DNA from: Moniliella sp. 'wahieum'
Taxonomy: Eukaryota
Assembly (NCBI GenBank): GCA_003971905.1
Contig: RSEE01000024.1
Location: 248,001 to 312,000 of the forward strand
Reading direction: 5' to 3'
Length of the DNA: 64,000 bases
Made by a program: the position numbers and the translations under genes. The notes beneath the pieces are model-generated. The model made no database searches, had not been told where the DNA came from, and saw only the letters and a program-made list of their open reading frames with translations. Below, piece after piece: positions 26,521-37,500 of this stretch; the stretch's first letter is position 1; each line of letters opens with the position of its first letter.

Positions 26521-27479
26521 ATGCGATTGGCATTGCCACGTGCGTACGTCCCCACCGCCGCATCCACTTCGCGCCTGGGACGACTGTACTCCACCACCGC
26601 CCGCGCCCGGGCGGACGAAGCGGCGGCGCAGCTTGTAGCGCAATTGGATGGGACCAAGGTGGTGCGCGAACGAATCGAAGCGACGCAGCTGCTCCATCTG
26701 CGCCAGCTGGTGGGGGCCATGGTACCGCTCCCTGTCTCTTCCGACGCGTGGAATGGGGAACAGATACCGCCTGTGGGCACGGCCCTGGTACCCGGCGAAC
26801 ACTTCTGCTTCTTTCTGCCGCGCACGCCCACCGCTCAGCTCGGACCCGATGGCAGCGACATCTTCACCACGGTGTTCCCCCGCCGCCGCTGGGCCGGAGG
26901 CGAAATGACGTTCCACCACCCCCCCTGCGTGTGGGGGAGGAGGTGGAGGAACGGACGTGGGTAGAGAGTGTGGTACCCAAGACGGGCAAGAGCGGGGAGA
27001 TGCTGGTGTTGCGTCTGGGCAAGGAGCTGTGGACCGAAGCTGGAGTGGCAGTGACCGAACGACGAAGCTGGGTCTTCTTACCGCCATTTACGGGGTCGGT
27101 AGAAGAGCCCACTGTACGCCAACCGGATGTGGTCGGGGCAGGCCAGGAGGCAGCGGTGGAACTGGAACTGAATTTGCCTCACCTCTTTCGATACTCGGCG
27201 CTGACGTACAATGCACATCGAATCCATTACGACGCGAAATGGTGCCGTGAAGTGGAAGGGGTACGAGCACCGGTTGTGCACGGTCCCCTGCAGATCGCCC
27301 TCCTGCTTCGGTTAGCGTCTCGTCAGGAGGCAGTGGCGGGCATCGAATACCGTGCGTTGCGCCCCATCTGCATCGGAGAACGATTTGCGCTCCGTCAGCA
27401 GGGAGGAACGTTGGTCGTGTCGCATGGGCAGGAGGACGCGATGCGCGCTACACTCGTCCCGGCTACGAAGGAAGGTTGA
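26521..27479 (+). CDS. Hot-dog fold hydroxyacyl-thioester dehydratase (Htd2/MaoC-like), probably mitochondrial
   Basis: LGPDGSD, RRRWAGGEMTF, LFRYSALTYNAHRIHYD and VVHGPL; Arg/Ser-rich presequence; one frameshift near 26925. Confidence 0.88.
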
Positions 27480-28777
27480 GGGGGAGAAGAAGTGGTGCTC
27501 GCCGCCACGCCGCCACGAGAGAGAGGTTACCCAGCGAGGAGTATTAGGATCGCAAACCCTCTCCCTCAAACACATTCTTCCATGCCGATCGCACCCTTCG
27601 CCCTTCCTCCATCTGTCGCGTCCAATCCCGTGAGTACTGAATGTGCATGCTACACATGGCGTATGCTTCCCGCGCCAACTCATCCGCCCACGCACGAGTC
27701 CTCGCTCGCTGCTGGTGCCGCCCGAGGCCTGAGCATCGAATACCTGATGATGTAGCCTGGGTGAGCTGCCGCCACTCGTTCGTACATTGGGAAGCATAAA
27801 GAGTAGGGATTGCGCTCGGGCTCGCTGCGTTTACTGGCAATCATCTCGATAATCCACAGCAAGTTTCGAGCCACAAAACGCTACACAGACGTTACTAGTA
27901 CTAGCTACTGTTTGTATGTGCGATGAAGACCAGCCACTGCACAGGGGATGGCCCATGCAGGCCACATCGAGATAGGCGACCCAGTCCACATTGCATTGTT
28001 CCGGAAGCTGCTCCTCTTGGCTGCGGAGCGAAGGTAAAGATAAAACGCGACTGCCTTTCCTATATATGAGTGCTGTGCTGTGCGGTGCTCGATGCTCGAT
28101 GCTGGATACCAGGTATGCTTATAACTCCGCTTGGAACGTAAACCGAGTACAGCCCCCCCCCCTGGCAGGCGCGCCCAGGCCAAGCAGCATGAGTAGGAGG
28201 AACGCCACGTACTTATAGGCCTATAGCATCTGCCTTCCTTTTCCTCTCCTCTCTGCCCTCTTCCTTTCGAGTGGATAGATGACAGAGGAGCACTATGGAG
28301 CCACCAGGAAGACGCCGCGTCCGCGTCCTCTCCCCTCCACCCCAAACCCCTTCGCCTGACCCTCTTCCTCCACACTCCCACCCCGCACCCATCTAGTTCC
28401 CCCACCTCCTCCAGCACATGGCACATCCGATGCTACCCCTGCCCATGCAACACACACACACCCCTCCCGGTCCCGAGCTGCGTCATGCTCCCTCCACGTG
28501 GTCCCGTGCCCCCATCCCCCAGACTTTCCGTGACGAGCTGGCCAGGTCTCTTTCCGTCCACTCCATCTCATCAGCGGTTCTCTCCAGACATCCCAGAAAG
28601 AGTGCAGATATCACCATTCGCCCATGCGCCCGCACCCACACCCATACCCACTGCCCCGACACCTTCCATACCCGGACGGGCTATGCCTCTGCACTCTCTT
28701 CGCCTACCGTTTCCCGACACACCAACCAGGCCTCCCTTGTGTGCAGCCAGACGCTTCCCTTTACTCCGGGTACCCGT

Positions 28778-28957
28778 TGTCACAGTCGGGGCTAAGGCGA
28801 GGGAGACCAGGATCGGACTAGGCCAGGGGTGTAGCAATCGTTCGTGGGGAAGAAGCAAGAACAGAGGACATGGTGCGAAGTGGAAGGAACAGGAAGGAGC
28901 GAGACGCTCGACGACGAAGAAATTGGAAATGGGAGCGAGATCAGCCAAACTATGACA
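28778..28957 (-). repeat. 3' LTR (180 bp), TG...CA
   Basis: Direct repeat of 34371-34551; terminal inverted repeat TGTCAcAGT/ACTaTGACA. Confidence 0.97.
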
Positions 28958-28970
28958 TTGCCCCCTTTCA
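28958..28970 (-). other. Polypurine tract TGAAAGGGGGCAA
   Basis: Abuts the 3' LTR; its first triplet is the pol stop codon. Confidence 0.85.
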
Positions 28971-31900
28971 GACCTCATCTCCCGGGCGGCGACGAAGGCG
29001 AGAGAGGGCGAGTCGGCGGGCATGGGAGACAGGCTTATCGGGGTAGAGGGCGTGGAAACGAACCACTGGCTCGGCGTCATGAGACATGTCCGCAGCGGGT
29101 ACCCACTCCCTCTCGTGGACAGGATAGCCCCGGAAGTGAACAAAGTACTCAATGCGGCCTCCACGACCCTTGCGGCGAGAGTCGAGGACATGCTCGACCT
29201 CGTGATGAACCGCACCATCATCAGCAAACTCGGGGAGAGGAGGCGGGGGCTCGATCAAGCGGGCAGGGACCACGTCACCAGGGGTGTAGGCTCGCAAGCG
29301 GGACACATGGAACACGTCATGGAGGTGTAGGTAGTCGGGGAGGCGGACCTGGTACGCGGCGCGGCCCACGGCGCGGACAATGGGAAAGGGGCCGAGGTAG
29401 CGATAGTCCAGGCCGTCAGAAGGCCGCTGGCTGGACACATACCCGTCCCGACGGACCAAAACAGGCTGGCCGGCAGTGAAGGAAGCCGCCTCGGTGCGCT
29501 GCTGATCGGCATAATGCTTGTAGCGTTCTTGGGCCGCGGCGAGCGTGCGGCGGGCCACCGCCTGGGCCGAACGCAAATCCTCCAGATATGACGCAGCATC
29601 GGGCACGGGCGAAGTGGAGGGCTCCAACTCCCCCCGGGGGAGTAACCATAGGTGAGGACAAAGGGGGACTGGTGGGTGCTCGAGTGGGAGGACGAGTTGT
29701 AGGCGAATTCGGCCGTGGGGAGGAGATCGAACCAGTTGGACTGCTGCTCGTCGAGGTAGCAGCGGAGGTACTGTTCGAGGATCTGGTTGAGTCGCTCAGT
29801 CTGGCCGTCCGTCTGGGGGTGGTACGCGGTGCTGAGGCTCGACTTGATGCCCAAGTCGGCACACAAGGCTTGCCAGAAGTGGCTTGTGAAGGTCGGTCCC
29901 CGATCACTCACCAGATCCCGGGGAAGGCCATGGTAGCGAAAGACCTGGTGTACAAACTGGCGTGCGAGCTGGGGCGCAGTGTCCGTCGTGTGGGCGGGAA
30001 TGAAGTGACCCATTTTGGTAAAACGATCCACCACCACCAGAATCGCGTCGTAACCATTGGATCGGGGAAGCTGGGTAATGTGGTCCATCGTCAAGTGGGT
30101 CCACGGGCCTTGGGGAGGGGAAAGGGGCTGAAGGAGTCCAGCGGGTTGGTGGCGAGGCGCTTTGGTCCGTTGACAGCGGTCGCACGAGCGCACGTAGGCC
30201 CACACGTCGGCTGACAGGCGGGGCCACCAATATTGAGCGCGGACACGGGCCAACGTCTTGTCGCGCCCTTCATGGCCCGCCAATGCCGAGTCGTGGGCTT
30301 GGTGGAGAATGGCAGCGCGGATCGGCGGGTCGCTGGGACGTATACCTGGTTTCCGTGCCGCAAAAGGCCGTCGCGGACCGTCAAAGCATGGCGGGGTGGG
30401 CGTGGAGCCGTAGCAAGGGACCAACGAGGGTCACGAGGCAGGAGTTGGCGGATGCGCTGTCGAATCTCGTCGGCAGACACTCGCCCCACCACCGGTGTAT
30501 CGGGGTCCGCCGCCATGAGCTCGAGGGCGGCGGCAGAACGTTCGGACATGGGCTCCACCAGTACTTGAGGTGCCGCGTCAGCGGGCCGGGGCCCCTCAGC
30601 GAGGTCGGGACGGCGCGACAACCCGTCAGCCGCACCATTCTTCTGCCCGGCACGGTACACCATAGCAAGGCGGTAGGGGGACAGGGTCTGGCGCCATCGG
30701 CCCTGGCGGCGGTTCAACAGGCGGGGACGGCGGAACGTAGCAATGGCCTCGTGGTCCGTAAGCACTTGGACAGTCTCAACACTTTCGACGTAATGGCGCC
30801 ACACCTCCACGGCGGCCACGATGGCCAGCACCTCCTTTTCGGACGTAGTATAGTTCAGCTCGGCCGCGGTGAACTTGCGAGAATGGAAGGCGACCGGCCG
30901 CCAACGACCGTGAACATCCTGCTGGGCGAGCACCGCACCAAGCGCCGCGTCCGACGCGTCAGTCTGCGAGGCGAAGGGGGCGAGTGGGATCAAAGTGGCA
31001 GAGGAGGTGGGGCGAGGCAAAGACGCGCTTGAGCTCGGCAAACGCCTCTTCGCAGGCTGGGGTCCAAAAAACGCTGGTCCTTGCGTGTCAGGTCGGACAG
31101 AGGGGCTGAGATACGGGCAAAAGAACGGACGAAGTGACGGTAGTAGTTGGCGAAGCCGAGGAAGACTTGGACTTGGCGAGGGGTTCTGGGTGTTGGCCAC
31201 GACCGAATCGACTCAACCTTGGACGGGTCCATCCCGATCCCGTCAGGCGAAACGACGTAGCCCAGGTACTCGGTGCGGCGTGTGTGGAACTGACACTTGT
31301 CGGGGTTGAGGTAGAACTTGGCCAGCTGCAGACGCCGGAGGACCTCGGCAACGTGGCGCTCGTGCTCCATCTCATTAGTCGAAAAGATGAGGATGTCGTC
31401 GAGGTATGCCAATACCGAGACGTCGAGGAGGTCACGGAGGAGGTCGTTCATCACAGCTTGGAAGGTGGCAGGGGCGTTGCAAAGGCCAAACGGCATAACA
31501 AGGGATTCAAAGTGTCCGTACCGAGTGCGGAAGGCAGTCTTACTCTCGTCGCCTTCTCTCACCCGCAACAAGTTATACGCCCCACGGAGGTCAAGCTTGG
31601 TGAAGATGCGGGCCCCCGAGAGGCGGTCCAACGAGTCACTAATCAGAGGCAGAGCCAACCGGTTCTTGATCGTAACCGAGTTGAGCGCACGATAGTCCAC
31701 GCACAGGCGCAACGAGCCGTCCTTCTTTTTGACAAACAGGACGCCCGCGCCGAAGGGAGACTTGGATGGACGGATGAACCCTGCAGCCAGGTTCTCCTTG
31801 AGCCACTGGGACAAGGCCTGCATTTCGCCCGTCGACAAGGGGTAGAGGCGAGTGAAGGTGGGGGCGGCGCCGGGGACAAGGTCGATGGCGTGATCGGCGG

Positions 31901-33030
31901 CACGATGGGCGGGGAGCGTCTTAGCCCCTGACTTGGAAAAGGCGCTAAGGAAGGAGTGGTAGCGGGGAGGGACTGTCTGGCGGACGTGCTCGAGGTACTC
32001 GGGTGTGTCACACTCGTCGGGAAACATTGGCTCGGGACCGCCAGCGACCGCGACGGACGAGACGGCCAACTCGGGCTCAGGGGGAAATGCGACGTTTACC
32101 ATGGCCTCGGGTTCCTTGACCACCTCGAGCTCAAACTGCTCCAGAGAGAGAATGTCAATAGGCGGTCCAGACCGAGAAGGCAAGGAGGGACCCGGGCCAG
32201 AGGGCGCCGAGGAGGGGGTGTGGGGAAGAGGCTGCGTACCGCGCGACGGGGGGTGGGACGAAGTGGGTAAGAGAGGGGAGGAGGGGACGGGCTGGGAGGG
32301 AACCGAGGAGGGAAAAGGAATCGAGTTGACAGAGGGGGGCGAGATGGGGTTAGATGGGGAGGTGGACTTGGGCCGGGGCCCGGGCGAGTGCTGGTGCTGG
32401 TGCGTAGTCTTGGTCTTGGGCTGGTCTTGGTGCTGGGGCTGGTCTTGGTGCTTGGTCTGGTCTTGGTGCTTGGGCTGGTCTTGGTGCTTGGGCTGGTCTT
32501 GGGGCTTGGGTGGGGGTTGGGGCTGAGGCCGGGGTACAGTCGTGGAAGGCATATGGTGATCACGGCACTGCACCTTATCAAAGTAAAGGGTGTGCGAGGG
32601 GTAGTCGGTGCTGGGGTTGTGAGTCTCAAGGAAAGGGAGGCCGAGGATGAGGGGGTGATGGAGGGAAGTGAGGAAGAACTCCTCAGTTGAGACATGGGAG
32701 CCGATCACGACAGGCGCCTTCACCGCTTGGGTCACCAGACCCGAGGAAATGGGACGCCCGTCTACCACCCTGACGACCACAGGCGACGGCAGCGTGCGAG
32801 GAACCAGGCCATGCTGGCGGGCAAAACCATGGTCCATGAAAATACTGTTCGCACCAGAGTCGACCAAGGCGGTGACCGGGATCGGGGAAAAGGGAGACGG
32901 AGACGAGGGGCCAGGATGCAGATGGGCGAGTACCGTGAAAGACCGAGAGGAGGGGGGACAGGGCCCCACTGCCGCCTCAGACAGAATCAGCGGCGGGGCC
33001 GAGGAGGCGGCGGGGAGACCTGGACGTGGG
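28968..33030 (-). CDS. pol: Gypsy Pol polyprotein (protease, RT, RNase H, integrase, chromodomain)
   Basis: ALVDSGA; LRLCVDYRALN, KLDLRGAY, YLDDILI; TDASDAALGAVL; HHCC zinc finger, HPQTDGQTER, GPF; EVEHVLDSR..YFVHFRGY..EWVP. Several 1-bp frameshifts. Confidence 0.95.
32400..32505 (-). repeat. 18-bp tandem repeat (about 5 copies) encoding (PKHQDQ)n in the protease-RT spacer
   Basis: Repeated ctggtcttggtgcttggg units. Confidence 0.9.
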
Positions 33031-34329
33031 GCACTCGGCAATGAGGTGGTCACGGGAACCGCAGTAGAAGCACGCACCTTGAGCGCGGCGCTCGGTGCGC
33101 CGTGCCGCCGCTTCGGCGGTGGCGGTGGCTGCGCTGAGGTCCATGGGCTCGGCTTCGGGCGACGAGGGCCGAAACCAATGATTGCCGCCCGATCCCGGGG
33201 AGGTTGCGGTACCATGAGCGCCCAACGATTGCGATTGGTCGATGTCAATGGCCGCTGTGCGCAGTTGTTCGAAACTGATCCGTCCAAAGTGAGCCGACTC
33301 GCCGCGGGAGGCGATTGCGTCACGCACCCGCGGCTTCAAGCCGTACAGAAAGTGATAGTAGCGGTCCTCATCCGACGCGTTGGGGTTCCAGCGACGCAGC
33401 AGAACCGTGAACGTAGCGGCAGATCCCGTCTGCCGAAGACGACCAAACTCCTCAAACGCCTTCAGCGCCGGGTTGCGCTCGCCCCACTGCTCCAGGAAAG
33501 CTGCGCGAAACGCAGGCCAAGACCGGAGGGCGGGTGTGGTGCGCGCCTCCAGGGGAAGGGCCACCTCCGAACCGAACTGCTCGACCCAAGTGAGGGCCTC
33601 CCCCTGCAGCAGGCCCATGAAGCGGTCGATCCATGCCGCCGCGCCCAGATGCGTGAGGGCGACGCGCGCGTAAATCTCGAAGGAGGTGACGACGTGCTGG
33701 GCCTGGACCCGGTCCCGAGAGTTGGGATTCGCACCAGACGACGGGCGGAAACGAACGGGCTCGAACATCTTCGGCTCTTCCGACACCTTGTTCGGGATGG
33801 CGGTCAGATCACCATAAGGCCCAGGGGCGGGAGCGGGGGCGGGGCCCGAGGACACCACGCCAGTTTGAGCCTCCCGTACCGAGGCGGCCAACCGGGCCTC
33901 TTCCGCGGCGAGCGCCGCCTCCTCCCGCCGCTGACGGAGGCGGTGCTCACGGCGCTTCGCCTCTTGCTCATCCTCGAAAGCGCGGCGCTGGTCCTCCTGG
34001 GCTGCAAGGTAGGCCTGGTGTTCCCGGGCCTCCGTCAACAGAAGCTGGCGCATTCTGCGGGCCTCATCGACCCGGCGCTGAGCGGCCTCGAGGTCCAGGC
34101 CGGACAGGTCGGAGGCAGGCAATGTATACCCCGGGGGCGCGGGCGCAACAGACGGAGCTGCATGGGGGGGTTCAGAGGGGCCAGCCGGGTGGAACCACTC
34201 CGGGCCATCGTCGTCGAACGGAGCGTCAGAGGGGGGGTCGGACGGGGGTCGGATCGGGCCGCGCCGCGCGATGGGGTGCGGCGCGCTAGGGTTACTGGGG
34301 TCATGGGGGTTGTCGTGGATCGAGGACAT
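32977..34329 (-). CDS. gag: Gypsy Gag
   Basis: LQGEALTW, LRQTGS, FLYGLKPRV, EPMDL and zinc knuckle CFYCGSRDHLIAEC. Confidence 0.93.
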   Translation of the reverse strand: MSSIHDNPHDPSNPSAPHPIARRGPIRPPSDPPSDAPFDDDGPEWFHPAGPSEPPHAAPSVAPAPPGYTLPASDLSGLDLEAAQRRVDEARRMRQLLLTEAREHQAYLAAQEDQRRAFEDEQEAKRREHRLRQRREEAALAAEEARLAASVREAQTGVVSSGPAPAPAPGPYGDLTAIPNKVSEEPKMFEPVRFRPSSGANPNSRDRVQAQHVVTSFEIYARVALTHLGAAAWIDRFMGLLQGEALTWVEQFGSEVALPLEARTTPALRSWPAFRAAFLEQWGERNPALKAFEEFGRLRQTGSAATFTVLLRRWNPNASDEDRYYHFLYGLKPRVRDAIASRGESAHFGRISFEQLRTAAIDIDQSQSLGAHGTATSPGSGGNHWFRPSSPEAEPMDLSAATATAEAAARRTERRAQGACFYCGSRDHLIAECPTSRSPRRLLGPAADSV

Positions 34330-34370
34330 CTCTGGTCGGGCTCGCCTGTTGACGGTTAGACGAACGATAA

Positions 34371-34551
34371 TGTCACAGTCGGGGCTAAGGCGAGGGAGAC
34401 CAGGATCGGACTAGGCCAAGGGGTGTAGCAATCGTTCGTGGGGAAGAAGCAAGAACAGAGGACATGGTGCGAAGTGGAAGGAACAGGGAAGGAGCGAGAC
34501 GCTCGAGACGAAGAAATTGGAAATGGGAGCGAGATCAGCCAAACTATGACA
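34371..34551 (-). repeat. 5' LTR (181 bp)
   Basis: Differs from the 3' LTR by only three 1-bp indels; no substitutions seen. Confidence 0.97.
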
Positions 34552-37500
34552 CCCGTCGTCCTTGGCCAACAGCAGGCACCTCTCAATTCGCCCCTCCCTT
34601 GCACCAGTCCTCGGTTAGGCACCGCATTCACACCTTGCGTAAGCATTCGGTGGACTCACGGCGGCCTGTTTCTTGGAGCCCGTCATCTCTTCCCTCCCCA
34701 GCGCCACCCCCTGTTCCCCCGGACAGGCCAGCAGGAGGGAAGGCTCGCTTCGGGTCGATGAGCACTCCATTGCCTCCGCACACGACGGCTATCAATCCAC
34801 CTCATGTTTCGGGGGGAGCAGAGAGCTTGTCATGCTTGCGAGCACCGTCTCTCCCCCGATGTTACTCCAACGGCAACGGTCCTACCGTGCGAGGGACTAC
34901 CGATGGACAACTTTGCCGAGGCGTTGGAACACGTACGTCGAACCGTGCCGGAAGGCTATTGGTCTGCGGCGGCTCACCTGGGTGAGAGTGTGATACGCAT
35001 GAACGACGATCTGAAGCAGATTCGGGACGACATGGTAGCGTGGGGGGGAACCCGACCACGGTTCCTCTGTATTGACTCGAGGGAACTTGCCTGGCCCGTA
35101 TGATCGACAAGCTAGTCGAGAAACTAATGCATGTGCTGGGCCTGAGTCCCGTCTGCTCACTTTGGCTACGGACCTGGCTCGTCTCGTCGAATGGAGCATG
35201 GACCAAGCGCGTCTCGTGACTGAGACGTTGCTCCTGCTCGTTCCTCCCACTGCAACGCCCTCTTCGTCCCTTTCGTCCTCTGCCATGAGTTCGGGCATGT
35301 TAACGTCCGGCTCGGCTTCAGGTTTGTTGGAACGGTCGACACTACTGGTACCCTCATCCACACCTTCTGCAATGGTACCAGAGTCCAGAACCAGAGGATG
35401 TCCAACAGCACCTGAAAGACACTCTTTTACCACCCCTCCTTCTGACCATCATCTCCTCCCGTCCTTCGCGGTTCACTCGCCCCCATTACCTTCTCGGCTG
35501 CAACCTTCCCGCCCCACGCTGCGCCACTCGATTCGCACCGAAAGTACGTGGCGCACACGTCTTCACCTTCGGCAACAACGTACCCCCACCACCCTGCCCC
35601 TTGGCACGCCCCCACCCGCGGCACACCTCCGGCATATCTCGCGCCCAAACACCCGTCTCACCACTCCTGTCCACCGCGAGAGGATGGCGACTTGGGATTG
35701 GGGACGTAAAGAGGATGAGGATGCGGGAAGGCACTACACAGGGTGGATGTGGTACATGTGAACAAACGGTATGTGAAAAAGAGGTAGATCAATCGATGGT
35801 ATTCCAGTGCTTGTGGACCGGAGGGGAGAGCGATATGTCTTGAGCTGAAGGTTCTGTGGCTCTTCGATCACCGTCCCTCCAGTAGTCGAGCGATATGTAT
35901 ACTATGTGGGGCATCAGGTTACGATACTCCAATGCCTCTGGACTTCACCTCAGAATTTCCAATTCATTCTTGGGCGAGATCATCTCTCTCGCATATTTTC
36001 CTCTTTTTTGGCCATGTTAATTGTGTCCCGTTCAGATAGATTTGTGGGTACAATCCTTTACCTTCACAAGGAGTGTCCTCACGCCTTACTGGTTGGGCTT
36101 TCCATCTACCACTCCGTAGTCATAGAGGAGAGACAGCATTGCCATTGGCCAATCGGCCAACCTTGGATCGGGATATTATTCCCCTTGTAGGCGGGCCAAC
36201 ATGGCCCGTTTGCATCCTTGGGAATAGTAGTTATCAGGGGGCCGGGTGTGGAACTCGATCACGACTACTAGGGCCTCATCCCCCCTGTCGTTTTGACAGG
36301 TACCAATTGCTCTCCGACTCAGGGAAACCGACGAAGGAGCCAATGTACTGGAACTGGCGAAGGTAGCAAGGGGCCGAGGATCCGCTTCACCAATCAGTGC
36401 TCCTCGTCCCGGAGGCGGCTTATTCGGGCTGGTACCGCATTGAAACGGTACGGGCAGGAACGTTGACCACCGGATGGAACTTGATTGAGGGGGGGGGGGA
36501 AGAAGATCAACCACAAAGGCCCCCTTGTGCAACACCGTCTTGATTTTGAATGGCTCACAAGTACCTGCGCTTCAACGATCCACTTGGCCAAATCGACGGC
36601 ACCCTCTCTTAATCGACCAGTACCCAATCTCGCACGGTCAGCTCCAGCGCCTCACTCCGCAGCCGATGAGCGGCATGATAGCGCTTCCAAATGTCCTTGG
36701 CCGCATCAGTTGCTTAAGCCCGAGCCAATTGATGTTCTTCCTCTGACCCACCCGACCGCCCGGTCACCTGGTTTGAGCGGCTGAAACCTATGCATGATGT
36801 ACAACGGAGACAATTCTGGTGAGGCTGACTGGCAGGCAGTGTCGAGCGCACAGGCAGCTGATGGCCGCTATTCGGCCCAATCCGACATTATATGGTTACC
36901 GAAAAGGCGCAGATACAGTATCCACTGAGATTCCCTTGCTTTAAACTGTTGAGTGTGACGTCACCTGCGGCCCAGCCCACTGTTCAGACTCCGGTTTATT
37001 TCGGAGCAGATCTTCCCGAGGCTTCTGCCCCCAGTAATTCATTCCTTAGTCAACCATCTCCCTTCTCACCGGTAGCAGACCGCTGGGCAGATCTCCTCCG
37101 ACATAAACACATTACCAAAGGGCCTAAGGTGAGCCGGTCCCTTTTTTCATTCTCCTTCTTCGCGCCATCGTCATTTTGGACAATCATTGGACGTCGGTGC
37201 ACAGTTCCGGCTGTTGAAGTGTAACAACCAGATCGACGGACTAGATTTACTTCTTAATCTCCCGCCATTTTTGTTTTGTCCATCGGGCTTTGTCAGTAGA
37301 GAACATTCCTAACCAGAATACGAATTCTAAGGCCAAATGTGGAGGTAACAAGCTGCAGCCGAAGCCACTTCACAATTGATGGGCAACAATGGGAGGCCCA
37401 CATCGGATGCATTTAAGATCAGTAGTGTATAGGTCAGGTGGCACCGCCCAGGAGACTAATTTGATGTAATCTTAGGAGTCAGACCAACTCTCGTGAGAAT

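Larger units (their letters stand above)
28778..34551 (-). mobile_element. Full-length Ty3/Gypsy chromovirus LTR retrotransposon (5,774 bp)
   Basis: Two near-identical LTRs, 5-bp TSD CCCGT (28773-28777 and 34552-34556), gag-PR-RT-RNaseH-IN-chromodomain order, polypurine tract next to the 3' LTR. Confidence 0.98.
28295..35761 (+). pseudogene. Orphan Pro/Ser-rich gene interrupted by the Gypsy insertion (host parts about 28295-28777 and 34557-35761)
   Basis: Removing the element and one TSD copy joins the 28418 ORF in frame to the ORF ending at 34985; further + strand ORFs continue to 35761; TATA-like CCTATATA near 28060. No family recognised. Confidence 0.35.

Noticed and set aside
26109..28778. 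Ty3-style targeting of the Gypsy element to the tRNA gene
   Set aside because: The insertion is about 2.6 kb downstream with a gene in between; Ty3 inserts within a few bases of the Pol III start.
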